A stretch of 64,000 nt of DNA from an uncultured delta proteobacterium (GTDB lineage Bacteria; Desulfobacterota; Binatia; UBA9968): NCBI GenBank assembly GCA_963737905.1, contig CAVTUQ010000012.1:140303-204302 (forward strand). Reading direction: 5' to 3'. The notes under the pieces were generated by a model. It was not told the DNA's origin. It saw only the letters and a list, made by a program, of their open reading frames with translations, and did not search any database. Within the stretch, counting starts at the first letter, position 1, and each line of letters begins with the position of its first letter. This document shows, in pieces, positions 1-10,985 of this stretch. Both the position numbers and the translations under genes were made by a program.

Positions 1-584
1 CTGCCGGGATAGCCGGTGACGGCGGTGACCTTGGCTCCGATGGTCTCTTCCAGGATCTTCGACATGACGTAGTCCGAACTTCCGACTCCAGTGGAGCCGC
101 ACTTGGGAGGCTCTTTCGCTCGGACGATATCGCCCATGGATTTGAAGGACGCATCGGCTCGCCCGAAAAGAATCATGTCGTCGTTTTCTAGAGAACCGAT
201 CCATTGGAATTTCGGAAGGTCAAACTGCACTTCTTTTTGTCCCGAAAGCTGGCCCAGATATACGTTGTTGTGCGGCGCGAGAATCGTCAACCCGTCCGGC
301 TTGGCGACGCCCCACACATAGTTCGCAGCCGTGACCGAGCTCGCGCCCGGCATATTCTGGACCACAACGTCCGGGCTCCCCGGTATATATTTGGCGATAT
401 GCCTGGCCACCATTCGTGCCGCCCGGTCATATCCTCCGCCGCTGCTGAGCCCCACGATGATACGGATCTGTTTTCCCTTGTAGAAGGGTTCACCTTGGGC
501 TCTGACTGGAGATGCAAAAAACGGCAAAACTAATATAAGCGACAAAGAGAAAAACAGAGTCGTCAAGAATCTGGGATTTTTCAT
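1..584 (-). CDS. Tripartite tricarboxylate transporter (Bug/TctC-like) substrate-binding protein, 5' part (runs off window edge)
   Basis: Manual translation from ATG at 584: MKNPRFLTTLFFSLSLILVLPFFASPVRAQGEPFYKGKQIRIIVGLSSGGGYDRAARMVARHIAKYIPGSPDVVVQNMPGA. Signal peptide plus TctC-type GGGYD and NMPGA motifs; not in the ORF track. Confidence 0.85.
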   Translation of the reverse strand, partial: MKNPRFLTTLFFSLSLILVLPFFASPVRAQGEPFYKGKQIRIIVGLSSGGGYDRAARMVARHIAKYIPGSPDVVVQNMPGASSVTAANYVWGVAKPDGLTILAPHNNVYLGQLSGQKEVQFDLPKFQWIGSLENDDMILFGRADASFKSMGDIVRAKEPPKCGSTGVGSSDYVMSKILEETIGAKVTAVTGYPG

Positions 585-794
585 AACAACCTTTCGCGGT
601 AATCAAAACCGAGCATCGCGGCAAAATTTCCAGTGATCTGCCGAGCGTGACTAAAAAAAACAGAATTTATGGCCCAGTCTAACGGGTGCTTCGCTGGGTC
701 ACCGTAATATAGCGCCGAAGGTTGACTTGTCAAGATTGTTGGATCAACTTTGGAAAAGCAGACGCCTCTTTCTTTGTCGCTAGGAGCCAAAGCA

Positions 795-986
795 ATGAAA
801 AGAACGGTGATCGGAGCCGTTTGGGGTATGGTATTGTACCTGATCGGCTATAGTCTCGTTGGCGCGATTCTAGGAAGCCCGGCGGCCGAACCCTGGAGAC
901 CAATGATCGCGTTGCTCGCAGCCGCCTTGGCGGCAACCGGTAGTTGGAAAGGATGGTTACCGGGGACACAGAACTCGAAGGATTAA
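795..986 (+). CDS. Small membrane protein (63 aa, two hydrophobic helices)
   Basis: AGGAG at 782-786 before ATG 795; MKRTVIGAVWGMVLYLIGYSLVGAILG...WLPGT. Confidence 0.6.
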   Translation: MKRTVIGAVWGMVLYLIGYSLVGAILGSPAAEPWRPMIALLAAALAATGSWKGWLPGTQNSKD

Positions 987-1097
987 ATGGGAGTGGATGA
1001 TGCCATTCACGATTTATTGTCTTCGACTTCTGGAGGAGCTTTATCAAAAAGGATCGTTGTCTGTTTCGATGGGACGCGGAACAAGCCAGCCGGCGCT

Positions 1098-3245
1098 TTA
1101 GCGAACTAACCCGAAGTCGATCTCGCTTCGGAAAGCGTTGATGCGGACGACTTTCACTCGCACGGCGTCGCCGAGGCGGAATTTTCGGCCGTGGCGGCTG
1201 CCTTTGATGACGTATTCCTTCTCGTAGTAGTGATAATCGTCGTCCGTTAGTGTAGAAACGCGCACGAGTCCCTCGACAAAATAGGCGTCTAGTTCCACAA
1301 AAAACCCGAAGTTGGCCAGGCTGGTAATGACGCCAGCGAACTCCTCGCCCAACTTGTCCATCATGAACTGGGCTTTCTTAAGATCCACCATTTCACGCTC
1401 GGCGTCCATGGCGTTTCTTTCACGTTGGGATGTGTGCTTGCCGGCTTCTTGCAAATATTTCTCAAGCTCGTCGCGCTCGCTGGGTTTCAACTTGTCGCCC
1501 TGAAGGGCTCGATCCAGCATGCGGTGCACCATCAAATCGGGGTAGCGCCGGATGGGCGAAGTAAAGTGCGTGTAACAGATCGAAGCTAAGCCGAAGTGGC
1601 CGATATTTTCCGGTTGATAGTGGGCCTGTTTCATCGCGCGAAGCAAAACATGATTGATCACTTTTTCCTCAGGCTTCCCGCGGCAAGCCTCAAGAAGCCT
1701 TTGAATCTCCGGCGGCGTGATGGGTTCTCGTTTCATAGGCAAGCGATAGCCCAGACTGAGAAGGAACGGTGCGATGGCTTCCAGAGCCTCGGCATCCGGA
1801 CCCTCATGGACGCGATAGAGCAACGGAAGGTCTTGCGCTTTGAGATGCCGGGCTACGGCCTCATTGGCGGCGATCATGAATTCTTCGATGATCCGGTGGG
1901 CAATGTTACGCTCGGCGCGCACGATATTCTCGGGCATCCCTTGAATGTCGAGGATGATTTCGGCCTCGGGGAGGTCAAAATCCAAGTTTCCTCGGGCTCT
2001 ACGATTTTCGTAAATCAGCAGTGCCAGCTCTTCCATCAGTTTGAACTGATCCCCAAGATTTCGATAACGCTCTAAACACGCGGAGTCTTTGTCCACTAAA
2101 ATCCGCCTGACGGCGGTATAGGTCATGCGTTCCTGGCTGCGAATCACTGAGTTGAAGAAGCGGCTGTGGACGACTTCGCCTTTGCTGTTGATTTCCATGG
2201 CCACGGTCTTGGTCAGCCGATCCTCATTGGGGTTCAAGCTGCAGATGCCATTGGAGAGAACCTCAGGAAGCATCGGGATGGCTCTATCCGGAAAATAGAC
2301 GCTCGTAGCTCGGCTGAAGGCCTCTTGATCGATGGCGGTTCCCGGTCGAACGTAGAAGGCAACGTCGGCGATACAGACGAAAAGCTCGTAGCGGCCGTTT
2401 GTTTTTCGCACGCAAACGGCGTCGTCAAAGTCCCTAGCTAGCTCGCCGTCAATGGTGACGATCGGTAAATTTCTGAGATCGGTTCGCGCGGCAATCTCGC
2501 CAGGGCTAATGGAGAACGAGGCGCTCGCAATTTGCCGGCGGACCGGTTCAGGAAAGCTCGTCGCGAGACCGTATCGGAAGACGATCGATTGAGCCTGAAC
2601 CTCCGGATCATCGGGATTCCCCATCACCTGCACGAGTTCTCCCTCGGGTCCCGACATGGCCGTCCCGTAGCGGGAAATTTCCGCAGCGACGACTTTTCCC
2701 TTTTCCGGCTTAGCCTTGGTTTGGCGCAGCGGAATGGCGGTGGCGATTCGCGGATCCATCGGAATCAGATAGCCCCTGCCATCAAATTCATCGTAGGTGC
2801 CGATGAGCCGTTTCTGCGCGTGCTCGAGAATTTGCACGACGTGAGCTTCTACGCCGCCCTGTTTCTTTCGATCGGCGCGTACCATGACCCGGTCTCCGTG
2901 CATCACACGGCGCATTTCGCGGCGATTGAGGTAAAGATCCTCCACACTCTTATCGTCGGGAATGAGAAAACCGAAGCCGTCCGGGTGGGCGTGGACTCGT
3001 CCAATGACCAGGTTCTGTGCGTCCGGCAGCGCGTAGTGATTTTTCTTCAAGCGAACGATTCGGCCTTCGCGTGCGAGTTCCCTCAAGGCGTCGACAATCT
3101 GCTGAAGTTCGGCGCGCCCAAATCCCCCGCGCTTCTGTATTTCGACGGGCGTCAACCGGGTTTTCGGTCTTTTGGCGAAGAGCTCCAGAATTCTCTTCTG
3201 CGTCCGTTCTGGAGCCAAAGCCGTGGGTGGAGAGTTAACCGTCAT
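1098..3245 (-). CDS. rnr: Ribonuclease R
   Basis: 715 aa; HPDGFGF cold-shock domain, RNB motifs TIDGELARDFDDA and HFTSPIRRYPD, C-terminal S1 domain. Confidence 0.96.
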   Translation of the reverse strand: MTVNSPPTALAPERTQKRILELFAKRPKTRLTPVEIQKRGGFGRAELQQIVDALRELAREGRIVRLKKNHYALPDAQNLVIGRVHAHPDGFGFLIPDDKSVEDLYLNRREMRRVMHGDRVMVRADRKKQGGVEAHVVQILEHAQKRLIGTYDEFDGRGYLIPMDPRIATAIPLRQTKAKPEKGKVVAAEISRYGTAMSGPEGELVQVMGNPDDPEVQAQSIVFRYGLATSFPEPVRRQIASASFSISPGEIAARTDLRNLPIVTIDGELARDFDDAVCVRKTNGRYELFVCIADVAFYVRPGTAIDQEAFSRATSVYFPDRAIPMLPEVLSNGICSLNPNEDRLTKTVAMEINSKGEVVHSRFFNSVIRSQERMTYTAVRRILVDKDSACLERYRNLGDQFKLMEELALLIYENRRARGNLDFDLPEAEIILDIQGMPENIVRAERNIAHRIIEEFMIAANEAVARHLKAQDLPLLYRVHEGPDAEALEAIAPFLLSLGYRLPMKREPITPPEIQRLLEACRGKPEEKVINHVLLRAMKQAHYQPENIGHFGLASICYTHFTSPIRRYPDLMVHRMLDRALQGDKLKPSERDELEKYLQEAGKHTSQRERNAMDAEREMVDLKKAQFMMDKLGEEFAGVITSLANFGFFVELDAYFVEGLVRVSTLTDDDYHYYEKEYVIKGSRHGRKFRLGDAVRVKVVRINAFRSEIDFGLVR

Positions 3246-3302
3246 GAAAGCGCCAAAAAGCTACTGGCTTGCTGCCGGTGGGTAAGCACGGGGTCACTGG
3301 AG

Positions 3303-3572
3303 CTACGAAGACTCCGCCGACAGCTCTGTCATGAGCCAGTCATCGCCCACGTTCTCCGGGCGTGGGATTTCCACGATCGGCACGTCGCGGCGGATCGAGT
3401 CCAGAATGCTCCGTGCCGTGTCTAAAAAATCACCCATGGCCAGAAGCACGATGATTGCTTTCTTGCGGTCGACCGTTCGGATAATTCCCACTTCTTCGTA
3501 GGACTCGAAAATAAACTTCACATAGGCGATGTGTTCAGGAAACGTTTCGAGATAGATTTCTCGTAATTCCAT
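3303..3572 (-). CDS. DUF4911-like small protein
   Basis: MELREIYLETFPEHIAYVKFIFESYEEVGIIRTVD...; start trimmed to ATG 3572 to avoid overlap with the AsmA gene. Confidence 0.75.
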   Translation of the reverse strand: MELREIYLETFPEHIAYVKFIFESYEEVGIIRTVDRKKAIIVLLAMGDFLDTARSILDSIRRDVPIVEIPRPENVGDDWLMTELSAESS

Positions 3573-3585
3573 AGCAACACAAGAA

Positions 3586-6255
3586 TCATTGCTTGAGCAA
3601 TTGTTCGAGCGACTCCGGAAGCCAATTTTTTCTTTCGTTCTTGTCGATGCCCTTGCCACCGGACTCGGGAGGTTCGCCGGCCTTTTGCGGAAAACTCCGG
3701 CGCAACACTTGGGCCACTGCACGGTTTTCCGGTCTCACCTGGACATTGGGGAATTTGCCGTCTGCGCGGAAAGAGATGGACAGTCTTCCGCGGCGATCGA
3801 GCAGATAGCGGAACAATTTATACTCGCGCTGGAGTTCTTGCGTGATGCGGGGCGAAAAAACCAGCAGCCCATTCCATTGCGTCGTCCTGTCAAACCCGAT
3901 CCAGCCTGCTCCGGTGATCGTGTAGTCGGGAGTCACGAGTAACAGATCATCGGTGCGAATCCGTTCTCCCTCAACCTTGAAGTTGGCCTTGAGGGTGTCA
4001 AAGGGCGTATACCCGCGATCCACTAAGGCCGCGAGGCTGGGCGGGAGGCGCGATGGCCCCTTGGACGGGGAGTCGCCGCCTCCTCCGGGGATAATCTTCG
4101 CAATCAAATTGAAATCTTTAATTGTGCCGTCATGAATGACGCTCTCGCCCGATCCTTGAAGGGTTTCCGTGACCGGCGCCCCGTTTCGCGTTACGGCGTC
4201 GAACTCAGCGCGAAAGTTCAGTTGTCCTTCGAGTCGATTTTTTAGCTGGGGAAATTTTTGTTTTAGAACGGATCCCACATCGATCGATTCAATTCGAGGC
4301 TTAAACATGAAGCGTTGTGGCGGCTCGGTGGCAGCGGGCCAATATCCGTCGGAGCGAACCACCCCGTCGAAAGCCTGGAACGAGAGATTTTTGAAACTCA
4401 TAGCCTTGGGCGACCACGTTACATCTCCATGCAGTTCCCGGTAAGGAATATCTTCCAGACTCCCTTCGGAAGAGGCAAGGGTTCCCTTGAGCGAAGGGGC
4501 GTCGTCCTGCCATTGAATTTCACCGATCGCGGTCACGTTCCTGATCCGGTTGGGTTTGCTAGCAGAAAAGGTGGGCAGATCCACCAGATTGATTTCCGGC
4601 GATCGTAATTGGTAACGTGCGCTTGGTTGGTTTATGTCTTTGATTTTGGCCACGACCGTAATAAGGGATGAACCCATACGAAAAGAACCATTTTCCAGGA
4701 GAGCTTCTTTTCCTAAAAACGAAATATCTGCTTTCAGACGGTCGATCTTTCTTCCGGTTTCCTTTTGCCTGAACTCGGCGTCGGCAAGACGCAGTTTCCC
4801 ATGAACATTCCAGTCTTCCGGCGACGCAAAGTTCTTTCGCAATACAATGTCCCAATGAATGGTTCCACCCACATCTTGAAACGTCAGCGGAGAAACCAGC
4901 CGCCACCACGTTGGCAAATCGCTTGAATCACTGCGCAGCCTAAGTTGCAGGCGAGGTTCCGGTCCCTCTTCGACAACGCCTGAAAGTGTCATTTTGGAAT
5001 CGCCAAGACTTAACTCGGAGTCGTGAAGAACGAGTCCATTTTTTTGCCGCGAGATCTGAGCTCTGAGTTCAGCCGGACTACCCGGAGGCTTGCGGAGCCA
5101 ATCCCGATAGCGAAATTCGCTCTTCTCCCCCTTGATCAAAACGCCCGCGCGCAAGTTACCCCAGGTTCCTTCGAACTGGCTATAGGCATTCACGGAACCT
5201 TCTGTCGCTAGGGCAACGGGCAAAATTTGTGTGAGAAAGGGTAAGTTACGAAGTTGCATCAGATTGATCGAGCTCAAGGTCAGCCTTCCTTTGAGTTGCG
5301 CTTCTGCCCAGGGATGGCCTTCCGGAACTTCCATGGAACCTTCCAAAATGGCGTTGTAGTTTGAAGAGCCGAACAAAGGGATCTTCAGGGCAACGTCTGT
5401 GATTCGAGGGTGGCTGAAAGTGCCTCCAAGTCTTGCCTGGAGCGACAGAGGACCGGTTACCTCCAACTCGCGGGGAATTCTGTCTCTAAGAAAAGGTAAG
5501 GCGCGGGCGAGCAGCATAGCGGACAGGGAGTCGAAGCGCATTTCAAGCTCCACGGGTTGCTGCGACCAGTCATGGGGTTGCCGAAGCGGGCCCAACTCTC
5601 CATCGATCCTGACATCGTGACCTAGCCCCTCGGTCACCGCCGCAGCGAATTTAATGCTGGTCCTTTGTGAAGGATTGAGTCCTTTGATTTCCATCTCTAC
5701 GTTTTTGACGCGAATCTCCGCGGGCTCCTTGACCGAGCGGTCGATGAAATCAACCCGACCGTTCTTTACATTTATTTTCGCCACTAAAAAATATACTGTT
5801 ACTAGCTTTCTTTCCGCTGAAGGCGTTTGTGATCTGGGCAAGGCTCTGGTTTCCTTCTTTTGGCCTGCCAACTCGGCCAGGTTCAACAGACCTCGCTCGT
5901 CCGTGATGATTTGGAATTCTGGCGCTTGGAAGGTCAATGAGTTGATGACAATTTTGCCGACCAATAGCGGCAGAAAGCTCACCCCCAGCCTTAATTCTTG
6001 TGCCCGGACGACTGGAGTCGCGGCAAAACGAGGATCGTCAGCAATGCGAAATTCCTTTGCAGAGAAGCCGAGCCCACCCCACAAGCTGGCCTCGAGGCGA
6101 TCGAAGGTGGCGTCCTTGCCTAGAAATCTCTGCAGTTCTTGATGCACCTGTTCACGGTTCTTGGCCGCCAGTGTGTTGAAGGTCTTAATGAAAGCAACTA
6201 TCGCCACTCCAGACGCAATCAGAAAAAACAACAGAAATTTGTGCGATTTTCTCAT
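3586..6255 (-). CDS. AsmA family protein
   Basis: 889 aa; N-terminal anchor, beta-rich body, AsmA-like C-terminus (TPFDTLKANFKVEGERIRTDDL...GAGWIGFD). Confidence 0.85.
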   Translation of the reverse strand: MRKSHKFLLFFLIASGVAIVAFIKTFNTLAAKNREQVHQELQRFLGKDATFDRLEASLWGGLGFSAKEFRIADDPRFAATPVVRAQELRLGVSFLPLLVGKIVINSLTFQAPEFQIITDERGLLNLAELAGQKKETRALPRSQTPSAERKLVTVYFLVAKINVKNGRVDFIDRSVKEPAEIRVKNVEMEIKGLNPSQRTSIKFAAAVTEGLGHDVRIDGELGPLRQPHDWSQQPVELEMRFDSLSAMLLARALPFLRDRIPRELEVTGPLSLQARLGGTFSHPRITDVALKIPLFGSSNYNAILEGSMEVPEGHPWAEAQLKGRLTLSSINLMQLRNLPFLTQILPVALATEGSVNAYSQFEGTWGNLRAGVLIKGEKSEFRYRDWLRKPPGSPAELRAQISRQKNGLVLHDSELSLGDSKMTLSGVVEEGPEPRLQLRLRSDSSDLPTWWRLVSPLTFQDVGGTIHWDIVLRKNFASPEDWNVHGKLRLADAEFRQKETGRKIDRLKADISFLGKEALLENGSFRMGSSLITVVAKIKDINQPSARYQLRSPEINLVDLPTFSASKPNRIRNVTAIGEIQWQDDAPSLKGTLASSEGSLEDIPYRELHGDVTWSPKAMSFKNLSFQAFDGVVRSDGYWPAATEPPQRFMFKPRIESIDVGSVLKQKFPQLKNRLEGQLNFRAEFDAVTRNGAPVTETLQGSGESVIHDGTIKDFNLIAKIIPGGGGDSPSKGPSRLPPSLAALVDRGYTPFDTLKANFKVEGERIRTDDLLLVTPDYTITGAGWIGFDRTTQWNGLLVFSPRITQELQREYKLFRYLLDRRGRLSISFRADGKFPNVQVRPENRAVAQVLRRSFPQKAGEPPESGGKGIDKNERKNWLPESLEQLLKQ

Positions 6256-6423
6256 GTGGCTGGTTCGTGCGAGCCCGACATCCTGTTTTTCGGAACTACC
6301 CGATTGAAGAAGTATTTCGACGGTGAAGTGGGATCAACAGCATCGATCAGGGTTGCTCATATCCCTGATTCTCAGAACAGCGGAACACGGGGACCCGGTG
6401 GTCTTTGCTTCGGAAATTGTTGC

Positions 6424-7626
6424 TTAATGGATGCTTTCGACAACGGTGGCGATGCCTTGCCCCACGCCGATGCACATGGTCGCGAGGCCATAACGGCTGC
6501 CGCGCTTTTTCATTTCGTGAATGAGTGTTGTCATGATCCTTGCGCCGCTGCAGCCGAGGGGATGGCCGAGAGCAATCGCCCCGCCGTTAACGTTCAATTT
6601 CTTAGGATCGATCCCAAGCTCCCGCGTGCAAGCAATCACCTGGGAAGCAAAAGCCTCGTTCAATTCGACCAGATCGATCTGTTCCATGGTCAAACCGGCT
6701 CTTTTCAGCGCTTTCTGCGTGGCGGGAATCGGTCCAATACCCATGTAATTTGGATGAACCCCGGCGGCAGCCGATGCCACGATTCGAACCACGGGCCTCA
6801 GTTTGAGTTGCTCGGCCTTTTGCGGCGTGGTCAGCAAAAGGGCCGCCGCGCCATCGGAAAGAGGAGAGGAGTTTCCAGCCGTGACCGTCCCCCCTTTTTT
6901 GAAAGCGGGTTGCAGCGCTGCGAGCTTTTCCAAAGATGTGTCGGCCCTGGGTCCTTCGTCTTTGCCGTAGACCAGGGGCGAGCCCTTTCTTTGGGCCATT
7001 TCGAAGGGAACCAGCTCATCCTTGAGGCGCCCTTCTTCGTGGGCCTTGAGGGCTTTTAGGTGACTTCCCAAGGCGAACTCATCCTGTTCTCGCCGGTCGA
7101 TCTGATATTTTTCTGCGACGTTCTCTGCGGTCTCGCCGTTATTGATCAGGGAGTAGAGTTCTGCCATACGGCGGTTGGGAAAGCGCCAACCCAGCGAGCT
7201 GTCGTACAACGTTACGTCGCCACGCTGGAAGGCGTTCGACGGCTTGGCCATCACCCAGGGTCCGCGGGTCATGCTCTCGACACCGCCGGCGACAAAAAGG
7301 TCGCCGTGGTCGGTTTGGATGGCTCGTCCAGCCTGATTGATCGCCTCCAATCCGGACCCGCACAAACGATTTACGGTGGCGCCTGGGATCGTATAGGGCA
7401 GCCCTGCGAGAAGCGACGCGTTGCGCGCGACGTTGCGGGAATCCTCGCCCGCTTGGTTTGTACAGCCGAAGTAGACGTCTTCGATTTCATCTTTGTTGAT
7501 TCCGGTCTTGTCGATCAATTTAGCGATGATATAGGCGCCCAGGTCGTCGGTTCGAACGTCTTTCAAAATTCCACCGTGGCGGCCCATGGGCGTGCGCACG
7601 GCTTCAACGATGACGGCTTCTTTCAT
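6424..7626 (-). CDS. Thiolase (PaaJ/PcaF-like 3-oxoacyl-CoA thiolase)
   Basis: NRLCGSG, NEAFA, GGAIALGHPLGCSG, MCIGVGQG motifs; NQAGEDSRNVAR typical of PcaF/PaaJ. Confidence 0.93.
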   Translation of the reverse strand: MKEAVIVEAVRTPMGRHGGILKDVRTDDLGAYIIAKLIDKTGINKDEIEDVYFGCTNQAGEDSRNVARNASLLAGLPYTIPGATVNRLCGSGLEAINQAGRAIQTDHGDLFVAGGVESMTRGPWVMAKPSNAFQRGDVTLYDSSLGWRFPNRRMAELYSLINNGETAENVAEKYQIDRREQDEFALGSHLKALKAHEEGRLKDELVPFEMAQRKGSPLVYGKDEGPRADTSLEKLAALQPAFKKGGTVTAGNSSPLSDGAAALLLTTPQKAEQLKLRPVVRIVASAAAGVHPNYMGIGPIPATQKALKRAGLTMEQIDLVELNEAFASQVIACTRELGIDPKKLNVNGGAIALGHPLGCSGARIMTTLIHEMKKRGSRYGLATMCIGVGQGIATVVESIH

Positions 7627-8369
7627 GGCTTCACCTGACCTTCGTTATAGGAATAAAAACCTTTGCCGCGAGTCTCGCCGAGAAATCCCGCGATGACCAA
7701 TTTCTTCAGCAGGGGCGCCGGCCGGTAACGATCTTCTCCCGTTTCACGCTGCAGACCTTCGAGGACCGCCAGGACTTCATCCAAACCTATCTGATCCGCC
7801 CAGCGAAGTGGACCGTTGGGATAATTCACACCGAGCCGCATAGCGACGTCGATCTCCTCCGCGGTGGCGACTCCTTCTTCTAGACTCCTCGCCGCTTCAT
7901 TGATGATCAAACTTAGAATGCGCGGGAAAGTCAACCCCGGTGTATCTTTGACACGAACGGTCTCCTTGCCGATGGATTTGAAGATTCGCTCGGCGCTTTG
8001 AATCGCGCTCTCCGCGGTTCGCATGCCCGCCGCCAACTCAATGACTTTTCGGTCCTTGAACGGGGAGAAAGTCGCAAAACCCACGATGCGTTCAGGTTTC
8101 GTCGTCCACGAAGCCATCAGGGTAGTTGCAAAACCAAGGCAAGAAGTGATGATCACGGCCGGGGCAGGCATCGCCAAATCGAGCCGTTGAAGAATCGATT
8201 TTTTCTTCTCAATAGGACTCGAACTTGTCTCAATGACCACGGGTGTCGTCGGAGTAAGCTCAGCCAGATCCGAAAGCAGGACCGCGTCCTGCCCCGCTCC
8301 GCGACTGAGTTCGAGCAGCTCTTGACACAAACGGCTTTCGCCGATAATGGCGAGACTATTTTTTGTCAT
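7623..8369 (-). CDS. 3-hydroxyacyl-CoA dehydrogenase family protein resembling the C-terminal half of PaaH
   Basis: Degenerate NAD domain, then [36 protein letters not shown]; start placed at MTKNSLAII (8369). Confidence 0.8.
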   Translation of the reverse strand: MTKNSLAIIGESRLCQELLELSRGAGQDAVLLSDLAELTPTTPVVIETSSSPIEKKKSILQRLDLAMPAPAVIITSCLGFATTLMASWTTKPERIVGFATFSPFKDRKVIELAAGMRTAESAIQSAERIFKSIGKETVRVKDTPGLTFPRILSLIINEAARSLEEGVATAEEIDVAMRLGVNYPNGPLRWADQIGLDEVLAVLEGLQRETGEDRYRPAPLLKKLVIAGFLGETRGKGFYSYNEGQVKP

Positions 8370-9222
8370 AGACGTAAAAACCCCGACCCGTTTTCCTTCC
8401 GAGATTTCCACCCATGACCATTTTGTACTGAATGGGGCTTGGGCGAAACCTCGGATCTTCAAAAAAAGATCGGTAGAGCGACTCCGTCGCCGCAAAGTTG
8501 ACGTCGTGCCCGATCAAATCCATCAACTCAAAAGGACCCATGCGGAAATTACCCGCCAGTCTCATGATGCGATCAATGGTTTCAACCGTGGCATCCCCGT
8601 CACCCAATATCCGCAGCGCCTCGTTATAGAAGGGACGGGCAACGCGGTTAACGATAAAACCTGGAGTGTCTTTGGCGCGGGCTGGGGTTTTGCCCATCTG
8701 GCGGATTAGGTCAGCTGCCTTGTCGATCGCTTCTGAGGCTGTGCGGTCGCCCTGAACGACCTCCACCAATGCCATCAGCGGCGGAGGATTGAAGAAGTGC
8801 AGACCTAGAACTCTTTCCGGATTTTGAGTGTTCGCCGCGATGGCCGTAACGGAAAAAGAAGACGTGTTCGTGGCCAGCAAGGTCTCCCGGCCGCATATTC
8901 CGTCCAGTTGCTTGAAAACATCACGCTTGAGCTCTAATTTTTCGGGGACCGCCTCGATGACTAGACTGCTTCCTTCGAAGTTTTCGAGTTTGGTTGTGCC
9001 GTGAAGCCGGTCAAGAATTTGTTTTTCCTGATCCGCCGCGATTTTCCCTCGCTCGCGGCTTCCCTGAAGGAAACTACGAATACGTTCTAAGCCTTTGTCG
9101 ATAAATTCTTGAGAGATATCATAGAGTAAAGTTTCAAAGCCCGCTTGCGCGGCCACCTGGGCGATGCCCGCGCCCATGGTGCCGGCTCCCAGGACGCCGA
9201 TTTTTTCAAGTTTATCGCTCAT
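8356..9222 (-). CDS. 3-hydroxyacyl-CoA dehydrogenase (PaaH N-terminal-half type)
   Basis: [42 protein letters not shown]. Confidence 0.93.
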   Translation of the reverse strand: MSDKLEKIGVLGAGTMGAGIAQVAAQAGFETLLYDISQEFIDKGLERIRSFLQGSRERGKIAADQEKQILDRLHGTTKLENFEGSSLVIEAVPEKLELKRDVFKQLDGICGRETLLATNTSSFSVTAIAANTQNPERVLGLHFFNPPPLMALVEVVQGDRTASEAIDKAADLIRQMGKTPARAKDTPGFIVNRVARPFYNEALRILGDGDATVETIDRIMRLAGNFRMGPFELMDLIGHDVNFAATESLYRSFFEDPRFRPSPIQYKMVMGGNLGRKTGRGFYVYDKK

Positions 9223-9233
9223 GCTCGTCGAGT

Positions 9234-10017
9234 CTATTTCCCCGTGAATATCGGCGCGCGTTTCTCCAAAAATGCGCGCACTCCCTCGTCATAGTCAGTG
9301 CTTCTTCCGGCGATCTCTTGCAAATGGGACTCGTATTCCAGGTCGGCCTCAAGACCTGGTAGAATCGCGTGGTTCAACGCTCGCTTGATAAGACCTACGC
9401 CGCGGGGCGCGCAAGCGACTCTTGCCCCAATTTCCTTGGTCGCCTTGACAAATTCTCCTGCCGGGAAAACCTTAGCGACGAGTCCGATACGCTGGGCCTC
9501 GCGCGCATCTACCGTCTCGCCGAGAAGGAGCAGCTCCATGGCTTTGCTCAGGCCCACGAGGCGCGGCAAGATAAAACTACCGCCCGAGTCCGGCGCCAAT
9601 CCGACGCGCACAAAGGACTGTATAAATTTCGCTTCTTCCGAAGCGACCCGCAAATCACAGGCCAGAGCCAAATTACAACCTGCGCCGGCGGCGACGCCGT
9701 TGACGGCGGCGATGACGATCTTTTCCATCTGCCGGATCTGCCGGATCATCGGGTTGTACTTCTCGCGCAACGAAGCGCCGAGGGAACCTTTCTGATCCGG
9801 CGTCCGGCCCTTGAGATCTTGTCCGGCGCAAAAGGCCCGTCCTGCGCCGGTGATGACGAAGCAACGGACTTCTTTATCGCGGTCCCCTTCTTTCAATACA
9901 TCTAGCACTTCCTTGTTCATTTGTGGAACAAAGGCGTTGAGGGCTTGCGGGCGATTGAGCGTAATGGTAGCGACGCCGCCTTCTTTCTTTCGTAAAGGAT
10001 CGGTTTCGTAGTGCCAC
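9234..10017 (-). CDS. Enoyl-CoA hydratase/isomerase, PaaG-like; 5' end disturbed by indels
   Basis: [26 protein letters not shown]. Upstream of 9920 the frame continues [18 protein letters not shown]; the start (GTG 10017, V-A-Y-E-T-I-L-Y-E) needs small indel corrections. Confidence 0.85.
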
Positions 10018-10034
10018 AGCGAAGTCTCGACTAC

Positions 10035-10808
10035 TTACCTGCCTTTGAACTCCGGCTTACGCTTTTCGAGAAAGGCTTTCATCCCTTCTTTGCGATCCTC
10101 TGAGGCGAACAACATGTAAAACGATTTGCGTTCAAACTCGAGGCCTTCATCGAGAGCGGTGTTGGCAGACTTCAGTACAGCTTCCTTGACCGCTTTTACG
10201 GCGAGAACGGGCTTCGCGGCGATCTTCTTCGCGATGTTCTTGGCTTCGTCGAGCAGCAGCTCAACGGGGACAACGCGGTTCACTAAGCCGAAGCGTTCGG
10301 CATCGGCAGCGCTCATCGTTTCTCCCGTCAATACCATTTCCATGGCCCGATATTTTCCCACGGTTCGGGTGAGCCGTTGGGTTCCGCCGCTACCCGGAAT
10401 GATTCCCAGATTAACCTCCGGTTGGCCGAAGCGCGCAGTCTCCGAAGCGATAATGATGTCACAACTCATGGCGAGTTCACAGCCGCCCCCTAAAGCGAAG
10501 CCGCTCACAGCGGCAATAACGGGCTTAGTAATGCGGTTGATGCGATCCCGATACGCCAATCGCTCTTGAATTCTTGCATCGAAGGGACCTCGATCGGCCA
10601 TTTCTTTGATGTCGGCGCCGGCAGCAAACACTTTCTCTCCGCCGGTAACGATCATGACTCGGACTTCGTCATCATGATCGAGCTCCTGCATCGCCAGGGA
10701 CAGGTCCTTGACTAGGTCGTAGGAGAGGGCATTCAGTTGCTGGGGCCGGTTGAGAGTGAGGACTGCAATGGAAGTGTCTTTTTCAACGATGACGTTTTCA
10801 AATTCCAT
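10035..10808 (-). CDS. Enoyl-CoA hydratase, PaaF-like
   Basis: [37 protein letters not shown]; start MEFENV at 10808. Confidence 0.92.
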   Translation of the reverse strand: MEFENVIVEKDTSIAVLTLNRPQQLNALSYDLVKDLSLAMQELDHDDEVRVMIVTGGEKVFAAGADIKEMADRGPFDARIQERLAYRDRINRITKPVIAAVSGFALGGGCELAMSCDIIIASETARFGQPEVNLGIIPGSGGTQRLTRTVGKYRAMEMVLTGETMSAADAERFGLVNRVVPVELLLDEAKNIAKKIAAKPVLAVKAVKEAVLKSANTALDEGLEFERKSFYMLFASEDRKEGMKAFLEKRKPEFKGR

Positions 10809-10985
10809 ACAATCCAGACTTTTATAAATACACCATGGAACCAGGGGATTCAAGGTAAGTGAGAGTGCGCGTGCCGAGGAGAAAGCCTCGTAAAATCATT
10901 GGCCTATGAAACATTTGGTCTTAGAACCGGCCAGGATCGTGAAGTTGACACCCCCCGGGTGATTTGCAAATATAGAGGCTCATCC

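Noticed and set aside
2532-7638. Long + strand ORFs (2532-3425, 6139-7059, 7060-7638) and similar shadows elsewhere
   Set aside because: They are antisense shadows of well-supported genes in GC-rich DNA and carry no motifs.
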